In this document: piece after piece, positions 48,393 through 58,981 of the stretch
How positions within the stretch are numbered: the stretch's first letter is position 1
How the letters are laid out: each line of letters begins with the position of its first letter
From: Malacoraja senta
Lineage: Eukaryota
DNA: 64,000 nt
Assembly (NCBI GenBank): GCA_038087875.1
Contig: CM075997.1
Location: 7,132,001-7,196,000 of the forward strand
Direction of reading: 5' to 3'
The notes under the pieces: model-generated
The model's input: the letters and a program-made list of their open reading frames with translations, nothing else
Database searches by the model: none
Told to the model about the DNA's origin: nothing
Translations under genes and position numbers: made by a program

Positions 48393-49558
48393 TTACAGAG
48401 CTTAAAGCACCAGAGAACATGGGTTCGATCCCGACTGCGGGTGCTGTCTGTTGGTTAATTGGCTTCTGTAAATAGTAAATTGTCCCTGATGAGTAGGATA
48501 GGGCCTAGTGTATGAGGTGTCGCTGAACAGTGCGGAGTTGGTGAGCCGAAGGGCCTGTTTCCGTGCTGTATCACATAAATCTACTCATAGACATTAGCCA
48601 ATACAATACAATACAATACAATACGGTTTTATTCATCACATTGCAAGTGAAGTGAAGTGAAAATAGACAATAGACAATAGGTGCAGGAGTAGGCCATTCG
48701 GCCCTTCGAGCCAGCACCGCCATTCAATGTGATCATGGCTGATCATCCCCAATCAGTACCCCATTCCTGCCTTCTCCTGACTCCGCTATTTTTAAGAGCC
48801 CTATCTATCTCTCTCGTGAAAGCATCCAGAGAACCGGCCTCCACCGCCCTCTGAGGCAGAGAATTCCACAGACTCACCACTCTCTGTGAGAAAAAGTGTT
48901 TCCTCATCTCCGTTCTAAATGGCTTACCCCTTATTCTTAAACTGTGGCCCCTGGTTCTGGACTCCCCCAACATCGGGAACATGTCCCATAGATATATGTA
49001 TCTCTCAATCTGCTGTATCTACTTTAATCACTGGTTATGTTTGGATAAAACCAAGGTTCTGCAGATACATCACTATGAGGACTAATTTTAGAGAGATGGT
49101 AGAAAAATGATGTCAAACCACAGATTCTGCATTGTGTGTAGGAGTAGGACTTTTAACGATTTACCTATTGTTAAAGTGGAGTTATGTGCTTCTAAAGACG
49201 CCTGCAAACTGCCTACAGTGGATTTTATTCACGATTTCTTATACAGTATACAGAGGAAGAAAGAAAAATGCAGTAATTTAGTTTAGTTTAGAGATACAGC
49301 ATGGAAACAGGCCCTTCGGCCCACCGAGTCCGCGCCGACCAGCGATCCCCGCACACAAACACTATCTATCCTATACATACTCTGGACAATTTACACATAC
49401 ACCGAGCCAATTAACCTACAAACCTGTTTGTCTTTGGAGTGTGGGAGGAAACCGAAGATCTCAGAGAAAACCCACACGGGTCACGGGGAGAACGTACAAA
49501 CTCTGACAGACAGCGCCCGTAGTCAGGATCGAACCCGGGTCTCTGGCGCAGCAAGCGC

Positions 49559-49949
49559 AGCCCCTGTCCCACTTAGGAGACCTAAACAGCAACCTCTGTT
49601 GACCTTGCCCGCCACCCAAAAAAAAAATCAAGGTCGAGGTGACCTGCAACCTCCTACCACCTCCCACGCATATGTTGAAAACCTTCCTCGACTATGAAGA
49701 AAACCGGCTTCGACTAGACCTGCGACTAAAAAATGATCGATTTGTAAAACGGCAACCTATTTTTAGTCGAGGCCGGTTTTAATCATGATGAAAAAATAGC
49801 AGCAACCTAGATGAAGCCTCGACCACGCGGAAACCACTTTCGACCATTACGGAGAGTGACCAAAACCTCCGGTGACCTCATGGAAACCTTGGGTGGCGGG
49901 CAAGGTCACCAGAGGTTGCTGTTTAGGTCTCCTAAGTGGGACAGGGGCT
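49559..49949. mobile_element. Harbinger-like MITE family E with long inverted arms
   Basis: AGCCCCTGTCCCACTTAGGAGACCTAAACAGCAACCTCTG.TGACCTTGCCCGCCACCCAA is mirrored at the right end. Confidence 0.87.
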
Positions 49950-51010
49950 TAAGGCAGCGACTATACCACTTCACCACCATGCTGCCACCGTATATAATCT
50001 CCTGCAGACAATACATAGACAAAGCTATTCTCTGGGTATCTCGAGTTAGCTCTCCATTTATTTTGGTGGCCCCCCCCCCCCCACCAAGACTTCTCCTTTG
50101 AAAATTGCTGTTCATTTCTCCATTACATGCAGTCCTGGTCGCCACTTTACAATTGCATGTAGGTTGGCACAATCCACAGCGGTAGAGTTGCTGCCTTGCA
50201 GCGGCTGAGACCCCGGTTCGATCCTACCAACAGGTGCCGTCAGTGTGGAGTTTCAGATCATATGTAATAGGAGCAGAATCAAGTCCACTCTGCAATTCAA
50301 TCATGGCTGATCTATCCCTCCCTCTCAACCCCATTCTCCTGCCTCCTCCCCATAACCTCTGACACCCGTACTAATCAAGAATCTGTCTATCTCTGCCTTA
50401 AATATATCCTCTGACTTGGCCTCCACAGCCTTCTGTGGCAAAGAATTCCACAGATTCACCACCCTCTGACTAATGAAATTTCTCCTTGTCTCCTTCCGAA
50501 ATGAACGTCATTTAATTCTGAGGCTGTGACCTCTAGTCCTAGACTCTCCCACCAGTGGAAACATCCTCCCCACATCCACTCTATCCAAGCATTTCACTAT
50601 TCTGTATGTGTCAATGAGGTCCCCCCTCATTCTTCTAAACTCCAGTGAGTACAGGCCCAGTGCCGACAAACGCTCATCATAGGTTAACCCACTCATTCCT
50701 GGGATGGGTATGGTTTATTGATTAGTACGGGTGTCAGGGGTTATGGAGAGAAGGCAGGAGAATGGGGTTGAGAGGGAAAGGTAAATCAGTCATGAGTGGG
50801 CCGAAGGGCCTGTACCCGCGCTGTATCTCTAAACTAAACTTAAACTAACTGTATAAATTGTTTCACTCTCTCCTGAACTTCCTTTGGTGACCTGCACGGT
50901 TGGACTGTAGCTGGAAGAATGTTGGCCATGTTGGTATTCCACTTGTTGCTGCTGTCAGTACTAAAGTGACTCAAATACTCAGACGTCTGTTTGTCTTCTC
51001 CCTACTCCAG

Positions 51011-51114
51011 GAAGGCAATCCAGGTGAAAATCGTGGACGATGAGGAGTATGAAAAGCAGGAGAACTTCTTTGTCGTCCTGGAGAAGCCAAGATGGATGAA
51101 ACGTGGAATTTCAG
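51011..51114 (+). CDS. SLC8A2: Na+/Ca2+ exchanger (NCX) coding exon, CBD2 / Calx-beta region, 104 nt
   Basis: ctccag|G acceptor and TCAG|gttcgt donor. Translates (phase 2 start) as KAIQVKIVDDEEYEKQENFFVVLEKPRWMKRGIS, matching my recollection of NCX2 (QVKIVDDEEYEK...WLKRGIS) and NCX3 exon B. SLC8A family is secure; paralog assignment is about 0.65. Confidence 0.93.
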
Positions 51115-51168
51115 GTTCGTGCAGAACTCAAGTCAAGAGTGTTTTATGGTCGTAAGGTGGGCAAATAA

Positions 51169-51699
51169 AGGGCCTGTCCCACTTGGGCGACCTAATCCGC
51201 GAGTTCTGGCGAGTTTGCCCTCGACTCATACTCGCAGCATGGACGACACGAGGTCCTAGGAGGTCTTTGTAACTCTCCTTCATGCTCGAGAGTAGTCCCT
51301 GCGTACTCGAGGCCTCAGCTAGGTGGCTGCGTATTTTTCAACATGCTGAAAAATGCCTGTGAGTAAAAAATGGTCGCCATAGAAAAAAATCAATATTTTT
51401 TTTACTCGTAGATTTAGTCAAAGTAGGTTGTGGTAGGTCGGCATGTTAGTCGTAGGTAATCGAGGGTAGTTGAAGGTAGTTGTAGATAGTCTTCATCATA
51501 GTCAAAGAGAGGTCGAAGGAGATCGAAGGAGGCCGTCTTCATTCTCCACTGTTCGGTGTCCAATTTTCCCGAAGTTAGTCGTGGCTAGTTGAAGCTAGTC
51601 TTCAACATAGTCGAAGGAGGTCTTCAACATGACATTTTTTCAAACTCTCCTAAACTCTTCTAAACTTGCCAATAAGGTTGCCGCAGTGGGACAGCCCCT
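51169..51699. mobile_element. Harbinger-like MITE family F with TAA TSD
   Basis: TAA|AGGGCCTGTCCCACT ... AGTGGGACAGCCCCT|TAA. Confidence 0.85.
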
Positions 51700-51814
51700 T
51701 AAGCAAGCCACACGTGGTGAATCAAAGAGATCTTTATTGTCAAAGCGAACAACACACATGCGAATGGGGGAAAGTTGACCCGGGATCATTATTTATACTA
51801 GGGCACCCCCCTAT

Positions 51815-52510
51815 TGTAGTGTCTGTGTAAGACTGTCCTTACAGTCACCACAAGGGGGCTCTGCCCCTATACGTATGTTTTTCTTGGAATCAGTCACGCA
51901 GCCATCTTGGCTTGAATAAACCCACTTAAGGGCCTGTCCCACCAGCATGCGACTGCATGCGTCTAGCACGACCTAACGTGGTCGCTTGAGCCGTACGGCC
52001 TCGCGGGGCCGGTCCCACTTCGATCGCCGGAGCCGTATGGAGTTGTGCGGGGCTGGTCCCGACATCGGGCGGGGCTCCGAAAAACTGACATGGTCCAAAC
52101 ATCCCGCGCGGCAACGGCCTGTCGGCCCGCAGCCGCCTCGAGGCCGTGCGCAGCGTCTCGACGCCGTATGCAGCGTCTCGACGCCGTACGCAGCGTCTTG
52201 ACGGCGTACGCCTAGCGCGTGGCATTGCGCGATGACGTCACCGCCCGGCGTGCCGTTGCGTGATGACGTAACCGCCCGACGCCGTGCGACGTCCAAATTC
52301 AGTCGGCCCGCCTCCTGCCCAGCTGATTGGTGAGTATGATGTCGGGACCAGCCCCGCACAACTCCAGACGGCTCCGTGATTGGATGTGGAACCGGTCCCG
52401 CGAGGCCGTACGCTTCAAGCCACCACGTTTGGTCGCGCTAGACGCATGCTGGTGGGACAGGCCCTTTACTGACACGGTACAACATGAGTTATTATCCGTC
52501 AAACACAACA
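51815..52510 (+). mobile_element. Solo LTR (inner) with 5-bp TSD CCTAT, containing MITE G
   Basis: TGTAGTGT...ACACAACA termini, CCTAT at 51810-51814 and 52511-52515, AATAAA at 51915. Confidence 0.75.
51929..52465. mobile_element. CpG-rich Harbinger-like MITE family G with TTA TSD
   Basis: TTA|AGGGCCTGTCCCACCAGCATGCG ... CGCATGCTGGTGGGACAGGCCCT|TTA, with long imperfect inverted arms. Confidence 0.88.
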
Positions 52511-52693
52511 CCTATACCTCGTGACAACTCCTTCCTGCCATTACCCAGTCACATGATCCTACCCCCGACTGCCGAGGGTTCGCACAGTAAGTGGCCTAAC
52601 CACCGGGTGGCGCCACAGTCAAATGTCCCTGATAGAACAATTAAAATCTTATTCACAGCGGCGCACCAGAATATGTAAACACAGTAACAAAGT

Positions 52694-52770
52694 TACGCCC
52701 AGATCGATAAGGAATTACTTGCCGTGGTTTTTGCCTGCACCAAATTCAAGGACTTTATTTTTGGCAAGTC
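52694..52770 (+). mobile_element. Ty3/Gypsy RNase H fragment
   Basis: Translates as YAQIDKELLAVVFACTKFKDFIFGK, resembling the Gypsy YAQIEKELLA motif. Confidence 0.75.
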
Positions 52771-52788
52771 TGCAGCGGTTGAAAGAGT

Positions 52789-52913
52789 CACCATTCTAAA
52801 CCAACCCGTCCCGTGCGCGTACGGTACAGACCCGCGTCTCCCTCCGATTGGAGGCGTGGGTTCGAATCCCACCTGTACCGTACGCGCGCGGGACGGGTTT
52901 GTTCAGAATGGTG
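52789..52913. repeat. 41-bp inverted repeat enclosing a tRNA-Leu-like T-arm fragment
   Basis: Arms 52789-52829 and 52873-52913 differ at 3 positions. The loop contains GGAGGCGTGGGTTCGAATCCCAC. Confidence 0.8.
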
Positions 52914-53120
52914 GGTGACCAATGGTTGGTGGTCTGTTTCAACTACCTGTCAAATCACCTTCATTTCAGTATGATTACATTTTCTTACAAAATGCAAAGA
53001 AAAATGTGGTCATGCAAAGGTGAGATGCCAGATTGGATAGGGCTTATTTCATGCTGTGGTATAAATATATTTTCAGCTGCCATTTCATAATATCTCTTTT
53101 TTTTTTCTCTTTCCCCACAG

Positions 53121-53141
53121 CTCTCCTGCTGACTGACGATG
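53121..53141 (+). CDS. SLC8A2: NCX 21-nt microexon (exon C equivalent), ALLLTDD
   Basis: Long pyrimidine tract ending ccccacag, then CTCTCCTGCTGACTGACGATG, then gtaagc. Phase 1-1. The ALLL motif matches NCX exon C (ALLLNEL, ALLLNQ, ALLLSP). Confidence 0.9.
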
Positions 53142-53917
53142 GTAAGCTCTCATTTTTTTACTGTTTTATTCCATCCACTGTGGGCAACTGTGTTCATCTT
53201 GTGGTGGCCTCTCCGACAGTGTGCGCCAAGCATGCAGAGTTTGGTTTAGATAGGCACAAAAAAGCTGGAGTAACTCAGCGGGTCAGACAGCATCTGTGGA
53301 AAAAAGGAATAGGTGACGTTTCCGGTCGAGACCTTTCTTCAGACTTTACTTTAGTAGAGTGTAAAGAAACAGTGCGGAAACAGGGCCTTCGGCCCACCGA
53401 GTCCGTGCCGACCAGCGATCTCCCCGTACACTAGCACTATCCTACACCCACTAGGGACAATTTACAATCTTTGCCGAAGCCAATTAATCAACGAACCTCT
53501 ACGTCTTTGGAGTGTGGGAAGAAACCGGGGCACCCGGAGAAACCCCACAGTCACGGGGAGAACGTGCAAACTCCGTACAGACAGCACCCCTAGACAGGAT
53601 CGAACCCAAGTGTCTGGCGCTGTGAGGCAGCAACTCTACCGCTGCTGCCCTCTGTTATTGTTTTAAATGATCATTTTATTTTATTTATTTATTAAATCGA
53701 TGAAAACATTAGTGACGCAGTGGTGCTGGTTTCCGACGGGCAGTATGATCAACATCGCCCAAGTCTTGAGGGACCAGCCTATCTTAACATTTATCAGAAA
53801 AAGGCATAAGGTTTATGCATTATTCTGTGTCTCAATTGAATAAAATGGCCTATTGTCTAATGCCCCTGATTGATGAGATTCTAATTAATTAAAACTGCCA
53901 AGTTAATGTGTTTCTAG

Positions 53918-53941
53918 TGCTCCTACTTTTTAGTGAATACG
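53918..53941 (+). CDS. Candidate additional 24-nt NCX microexon (VLLLFSEY)
   Basis: tttctag|TGCTCCTACTTTTTAGTGAATACG|gtttgt. Phase 1-1, no stop, xLLL start like exon C, CTAAT branch-like site at 53881. The pyrimidine tract is weak and there is no transcript evidence. Confidence 0.25.
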
Positions 53942-53966
53942 GTTTGTTGTTTGTCTGAGAGACTAA

Positions 53967-54184
53967 AGGGCCTATCCCACTTACGAGATTTTTTCGGCGA
54001 CTTGCCGGCACCCGTCATAGTCGCAGCAGGTTGTGGTTTTATGGTCGTGAGTAGTCGCCCAAAGAGTCGTACCTTGTTCTGGTCGCCGCTGAATTTTCAA
54101 CATGTCGAACATTTTCGGCCACCTGATGCGACTATGATGGGTGCAGGCAGTCGCCGAAAAAATCATGTAAGTGGGACAGGCCCT
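53967..54184. mobile_element. Harbinger-like MITE family H
   Basis: AGGGCCTATCCCACTTACGAGATTTTTTCGGCGAC ... GTCGCCGAAAAAATCATGTAAGTGGGACAGGCCCT with flanks TAA/TTA. Confidence 0.87.
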
Positions 54185-55799
54185 TTAGATAGCTTTAAAA
54201 TCGATTTGCTCAATGTTTTCCTGACAACAATGAATGATGTCTTTGAAACTTGAGTCACGGGTCGAGAGAGTTTAATGATCACATGAGCCGGAACTGGAAC
54301 AATGACGTTCTAACTTGCTGCAGAGTTACAGCCACATTAACGCAACAACACAAAACATAAATAGACAGTAATACTATAAATGAGCAGTTTAAGGGTCTCG
54401 ACCCGAAACGTCACCCATTCCTTCTCTCCAGAGATGCTGCCTGTCCCGCTGAGTTACCCCAGCTTTTTTAGGTTTAGTTCAGAGATACAAAGCGGAAACA
54501 GGCTCTTCGGCCCACCAAGTCCGTGCAAACCACCGATCATCCCGTACACTAACACTATCCTCCCACACTCCAAAGACGTATAGGTTTGTAGGTTATTTGG
54601 CTTGGTGAATGCATACACCCTAGTTTTTGTGGGATAGTGTTAATGTGCGGGGGTAGCTGGTCGGTGCGGACTTGCTGGGTCGAAGAGCCTGTTTCCGTGC
54701 TGTACATCTAAAATAAAACTATACAAAGACCATAGTAGAAACAAGGAATTGCAGCTCTGGGTTTACAGAAAAGGGCACAAAGTAATAGCGGGGCCGGGTG
54801 GCGCAGTCCTGATCATTCCATCCCAAAACATGACTATCGTTTCGATGGAGAACCACTCAACATCCTTTAGAATCATTGAAACATAGAAAATAGGTGCAGG
54901 AGTAGGCCATCCGGCCCTGCGAGTTCGAATTGGCCTCCGCATCCTTCTGTGGCAGAGAATTCCACCGATTCACAACTCTCTGGGTGAAGAGGTTTTTCCT
55001 CATCTCAGTCCTAAACGGCCTACCCCTTCTTCGTAAACCGTGACCCCCTGGTTCTGGACTCCCCCAACATCGAGAACATTTTTCCTGCATCTCGCCTGTC
55101 CAATCCCTTAAGAATTGTGTATGATTCTATATGATATCCTCTCATCCTTCTAAATTCCAGTGAATACAAGCCCATTCTTTCATCACATGTCAGTCCCCGG
55201 AATCCCGGGAATTAACCTGGTGAACACTCCCTCAATAGCAAGAATGTCCTTCCTCAAATTAGGAGACCAAAACTGCACACAATACTCCTGGTGTGGTCTA
55301 ACCAGGGCTCTGTACAACTGCAGTAGGACCTCCTTGCTCCCATACTCTAATACTCCTGCTTTACGCAGAATTTCAGCGATTCACAAATGCACAGGATTTG
55401 AACATAGACAGCGGGTCAGGCAATAAAATTGGACTGCAGAGTACAAATGAGTTGGTTCCAATTCCTTCTCTGTCATTCCCTTTGTCCGACCTCCACCCCA
55501 AGCATTCTTCACTCTATTTCTTTAATTAACGCGCTGCGTTTGTACATTAGTGGCAATTAGTTTGATTAACTGAAATCCCTGATGTTTACCAGGACTTCTA
55601 GCCTTGCTCATTATGAATGTGTCCTTTGGCACTCCCAAGTTTAGTATTAGATATTTAGTTTAGTTTAGTTTAGTTGAGTCTAATTTATTGTCTCGTGTAC
55701 CAAGGTAGGGTGAAAAGCTTTTGTTGCGTGCTATCCAGTCAGCGGAAAGACTATAAGTGATTACAATCGAGCCATTCACAGTGTACAGGTACATGCTAA

Positions 55800-56118
55800 A
55801 AGCCCTGTCCCACAGTACGAGTTCATTCGAAGAGTTCTCCCGTGTTTGCCCTGATTCGAACTCGGAGATTTACGGTAATGGCCGCTCGTCGCTACTCGGG
55901 GCTCTCGTGGGCATTTTTCATCATGTTGAAAAATCTTCACAAGTCTTCCCCTGCTTACCTGTCATTAGCGAGTCTTCCCGAGTATCTGCCGTTAGCGTTA
56001 CGAGACGCCCCCGAGCTCCGACGTACCCGCTACCTTCATTCTCCGTGCTTACCACGAGTTTGATTTTTTAAAACTCGGGAGAGCTCTTGGAATGAACTCG
56101 TACCGTGGGACAGGGCTA
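55800..56118. mobile_element. Harbinger-like MITE family A with TAA TSD
   Basis: TAA|AAGCCCTGTCCCAC ... GTGGGACAGGGCTA|TAA. Confidence 0.87.
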
Positions 56119-56367
56119 TAAGGGAATAACGTTTGGCCTGTATAGAGTGGATGTGGAGAGGATGTTTCCACTAGTGGGAGATTTTAAGACTAGAGGCCAC
56201 AGCCTCAGAATAAAAGGATGTCCTTTAGGAAGGAGATGAGGAGGAATTTCTTGAGTCAAAGTGTGGTGAATCTGTGGAATTCGTTGCCACAGAAGGCTGT
56301 GGAGGCCAAGTCAGTGAATATTTTTAATACATAGATAGATTCTTGATTACATATATACATAGACACA

Positions 56368-56886
56368 GAGACAATAGGTGCAGGAGTAGGCCATTCGGCC
56401 CTTCGAGCCAGCACCGCCATTCAATGTGATCATGGCTGATCATCCACAATTAGTACCCCGTTCCTGCCTTCTCCCCATATCCCTTGATTCCGTTAGCCCT
56501 AAGAGCCCTATCTAATTCCCTTTTGAATGCATCCAGTGATTCGGCCTCCACTGCCCTCTGAGGCAGAGAATTCCACAAATTCACAACTCTCTGTGTGAAA
56601 AAGTTTTTCCTCATCTCAGTTCTAAATGGCCTACCCCTTATTCTTAAACTGTGACCCCTGGTTCTGGACTCCCCCAACATGGGGAACATGTTTCCTGCAT
56701 CTTGTATGTCCAATCCCATAATAATTTAAAATGTTTCAATGATCCCCTCATCCTTCTAAATTCCAGTTAATACAAGCCCAGTCGCTCCATTCTTTCATCA
56801 TATGACAGTCCCGCCATCCCGGGAATTAACCTGGTGAACCTACGCTGTACTCCCTCAATAGCAAGAATGTCCTTCCTCAAATTAGG
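56368..56886 (-). mobile_element. CR1 LINE 3' fragment
   Basis: ORF 56450-56719 plus 3' UTR. Confidence 0.87.
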
Positions 56887-57384
56887 ATAGATATGATATC
56901 ACGAAAGGTTTTAATAGGGTGGTGCAGCGGTAGAGTTGCTGTCTCACTGCACCAGAGAACCTGGTTCGATCCTGACTGCGGGTGCTGTCTGTACCGAGTT
57001 TGCACGTTCTCCCCGTGGCCGTGTAGGTTTTCTCCAGCTGCTCCAGTTTCCTCCTACTCTCCAAAGACGTGCAAGTTTGTGGGTTGCTTTGCCCTCTGTA
57101 AGTTGTCCCGAGTGAGTGTAGGATAGAACTAGTGTACGGGTGATCATTGGTTGGAATGTACTCGGTGGGCCGAAGGGCCTGTTTCCATGCTGTATCTGTA
57201 AACTAAACTAAAATAGGCCATATGTTGTGGAGAGCATTCAAGGGACTAGTGTTAAAAAACCCATTTAGGTAATGATCCAATAAAAGCTTTTCACTGTACC
57301 CCAGTACAGGTGACAATAAACTAAACGCAAAATCAAATTAAACTCAAAAGAGTTAGATGAGTGTTTTTTTAGACGGTTGTGAGC

Positions 57385-57998
57385 CTTAATGGTAGCATTT
57401 ATTTCAAGAGCACTACAATACAAAAACAGGGACATATTGCTGAGGCTCTATAAGGCGCTGGTCAGACCACATTTGGAGTAATGTAATCAATTTTGGGCCC
57501 CATATCTGAGGAAGGATTTGCCGGCTCTGGAGAGGGTCCTGAGGAGGTTTACGAGAATGATCCCAGGAATGAGTGGGTTAACATATGATGAGCGTTTGAC
57601 GGCACTGGGCCTGTACTCGCTGGAGTTCAGAAGGGGGGGACCTCATTGAACCTTACCGAATAGAGAAAGGCTTGGATAGAGCGGATGTGGAGAGGATGTT
57701 TCCACTAGTGGGAGAGTCTAGGACCAGAGGTCTTATCCTCAGAATTAAAGGATGTTCTTTTAGGAAGGGAGGAGGAATTTCTTTAGTCAGAGGGTGGTGA
57801 ATTTATGGGATTCATTGCCACCAAAGGCTGTGGAGGGAAAGTTAATGGATATTCTTAAGGCTGAGATAGATAGATTCTTGATTAATAAGGGTGTCAAGGG
57901 TTATGGGGAGAAGGCAGGGATAATAGGATTAGGAGGGATAGATAGATCAGCCATGATTGAATGGCGGAGTAGACTTGATGGGCCGAATGGCCTAATTA
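57385..57998 (+). mobile_element. CR1 LINE 3' fragment, degraded
   Basis: Colinear with 19195-19760 and 29165-29597. Confidence 0.82.
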
Positions 57999-58981
57999 TG
58001 AACATGAACTTAAGAATGGTAGACAAAACTGCTGGAGAAACTCAGCGGGTGAGGCAGCATCTATGGAGCGAAGGAAATAGGCAACGTTTCGGGCCGAAAC
58101 CCTTCTTCAGACCCTTCTTCATGAACTTAAGAATGCTCTTCCAGAAAGGGCATTGAAAGCAGGGACTTTGCATATTTTCAGGGTAGAGGTATTTACTGTA
58201 GCTGGGTCCATAATATGCCAGGATTAAAATGTCTGGTAAGGGATTGTGAGGAATGAAGAGAATTCAGTCGTAATCTTATTGAGCATGGAGACTGCCTGAG
58301 GGATCAAGTGACCTCATCCTAATTGGTATGAAGATTAAATGAGATATTACAACTGAGATTAATTTTACATGGAGCTACAAGCTAATTAACTTTTCAAAAA
58401 TAGGCTTTGGCAATCATTAGTTAAGAGTCTGCTCCATTAAGAATAAATTGTAAAATTAACCGAGGTTGATTTTGCTTTATCTAGTATCGAGTTCAGCTTC
58501 AATATTTAAGAGACTTTTGGATAGGCACATGGATATGCAAGGAAAGGATGGATATGAATTATGTGCAGGTCGATATCAAATGGTCTTGGTTTGGCATCAT
58601 GTTCGGCACAGACATGGTGGGCCGAAAGGCCTGTTCTTGTGCAGGACTCTTCCAAGTTCTATGAGGTGAGAGGGGGAAATGGCGACGTGCAGGGCAAGTT
58701 TTTCACACAGAGGGGTGTGAGGGCTCGGAACGTATTGCAAGGGGTGGTGGTGGAGGCAGATTTGATAGTGGCGTTTAAGAGGCTTTTAGATAGGCACATG
58801 GATATGCGGGGAATAGAGGGATATGGATCACGTGCAAGCAGGTGAGATCACTTTAACTTGGCATCGTGCTCGGCACGCACATTGTGGGCCGAATGGCCTG
58901 TCCCTGTGCTGTACTGTTCTATGCTCAATGTAGAATATCTCATGGCAGAGTGGAAATGAAAGGAGTCAGGGGTTATGGGGC

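Larger units (their letters stand above)
51151..52617 (-). mobile_element. Solo LTR (outer) carrying a nested MITE and a second LTR
   Basis: Minus strand reads TGTGGCGCCACC.., TATAAATA and AATAAA once the nested inserts are removed. The left end is uncertain. Confidence 0.6.
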
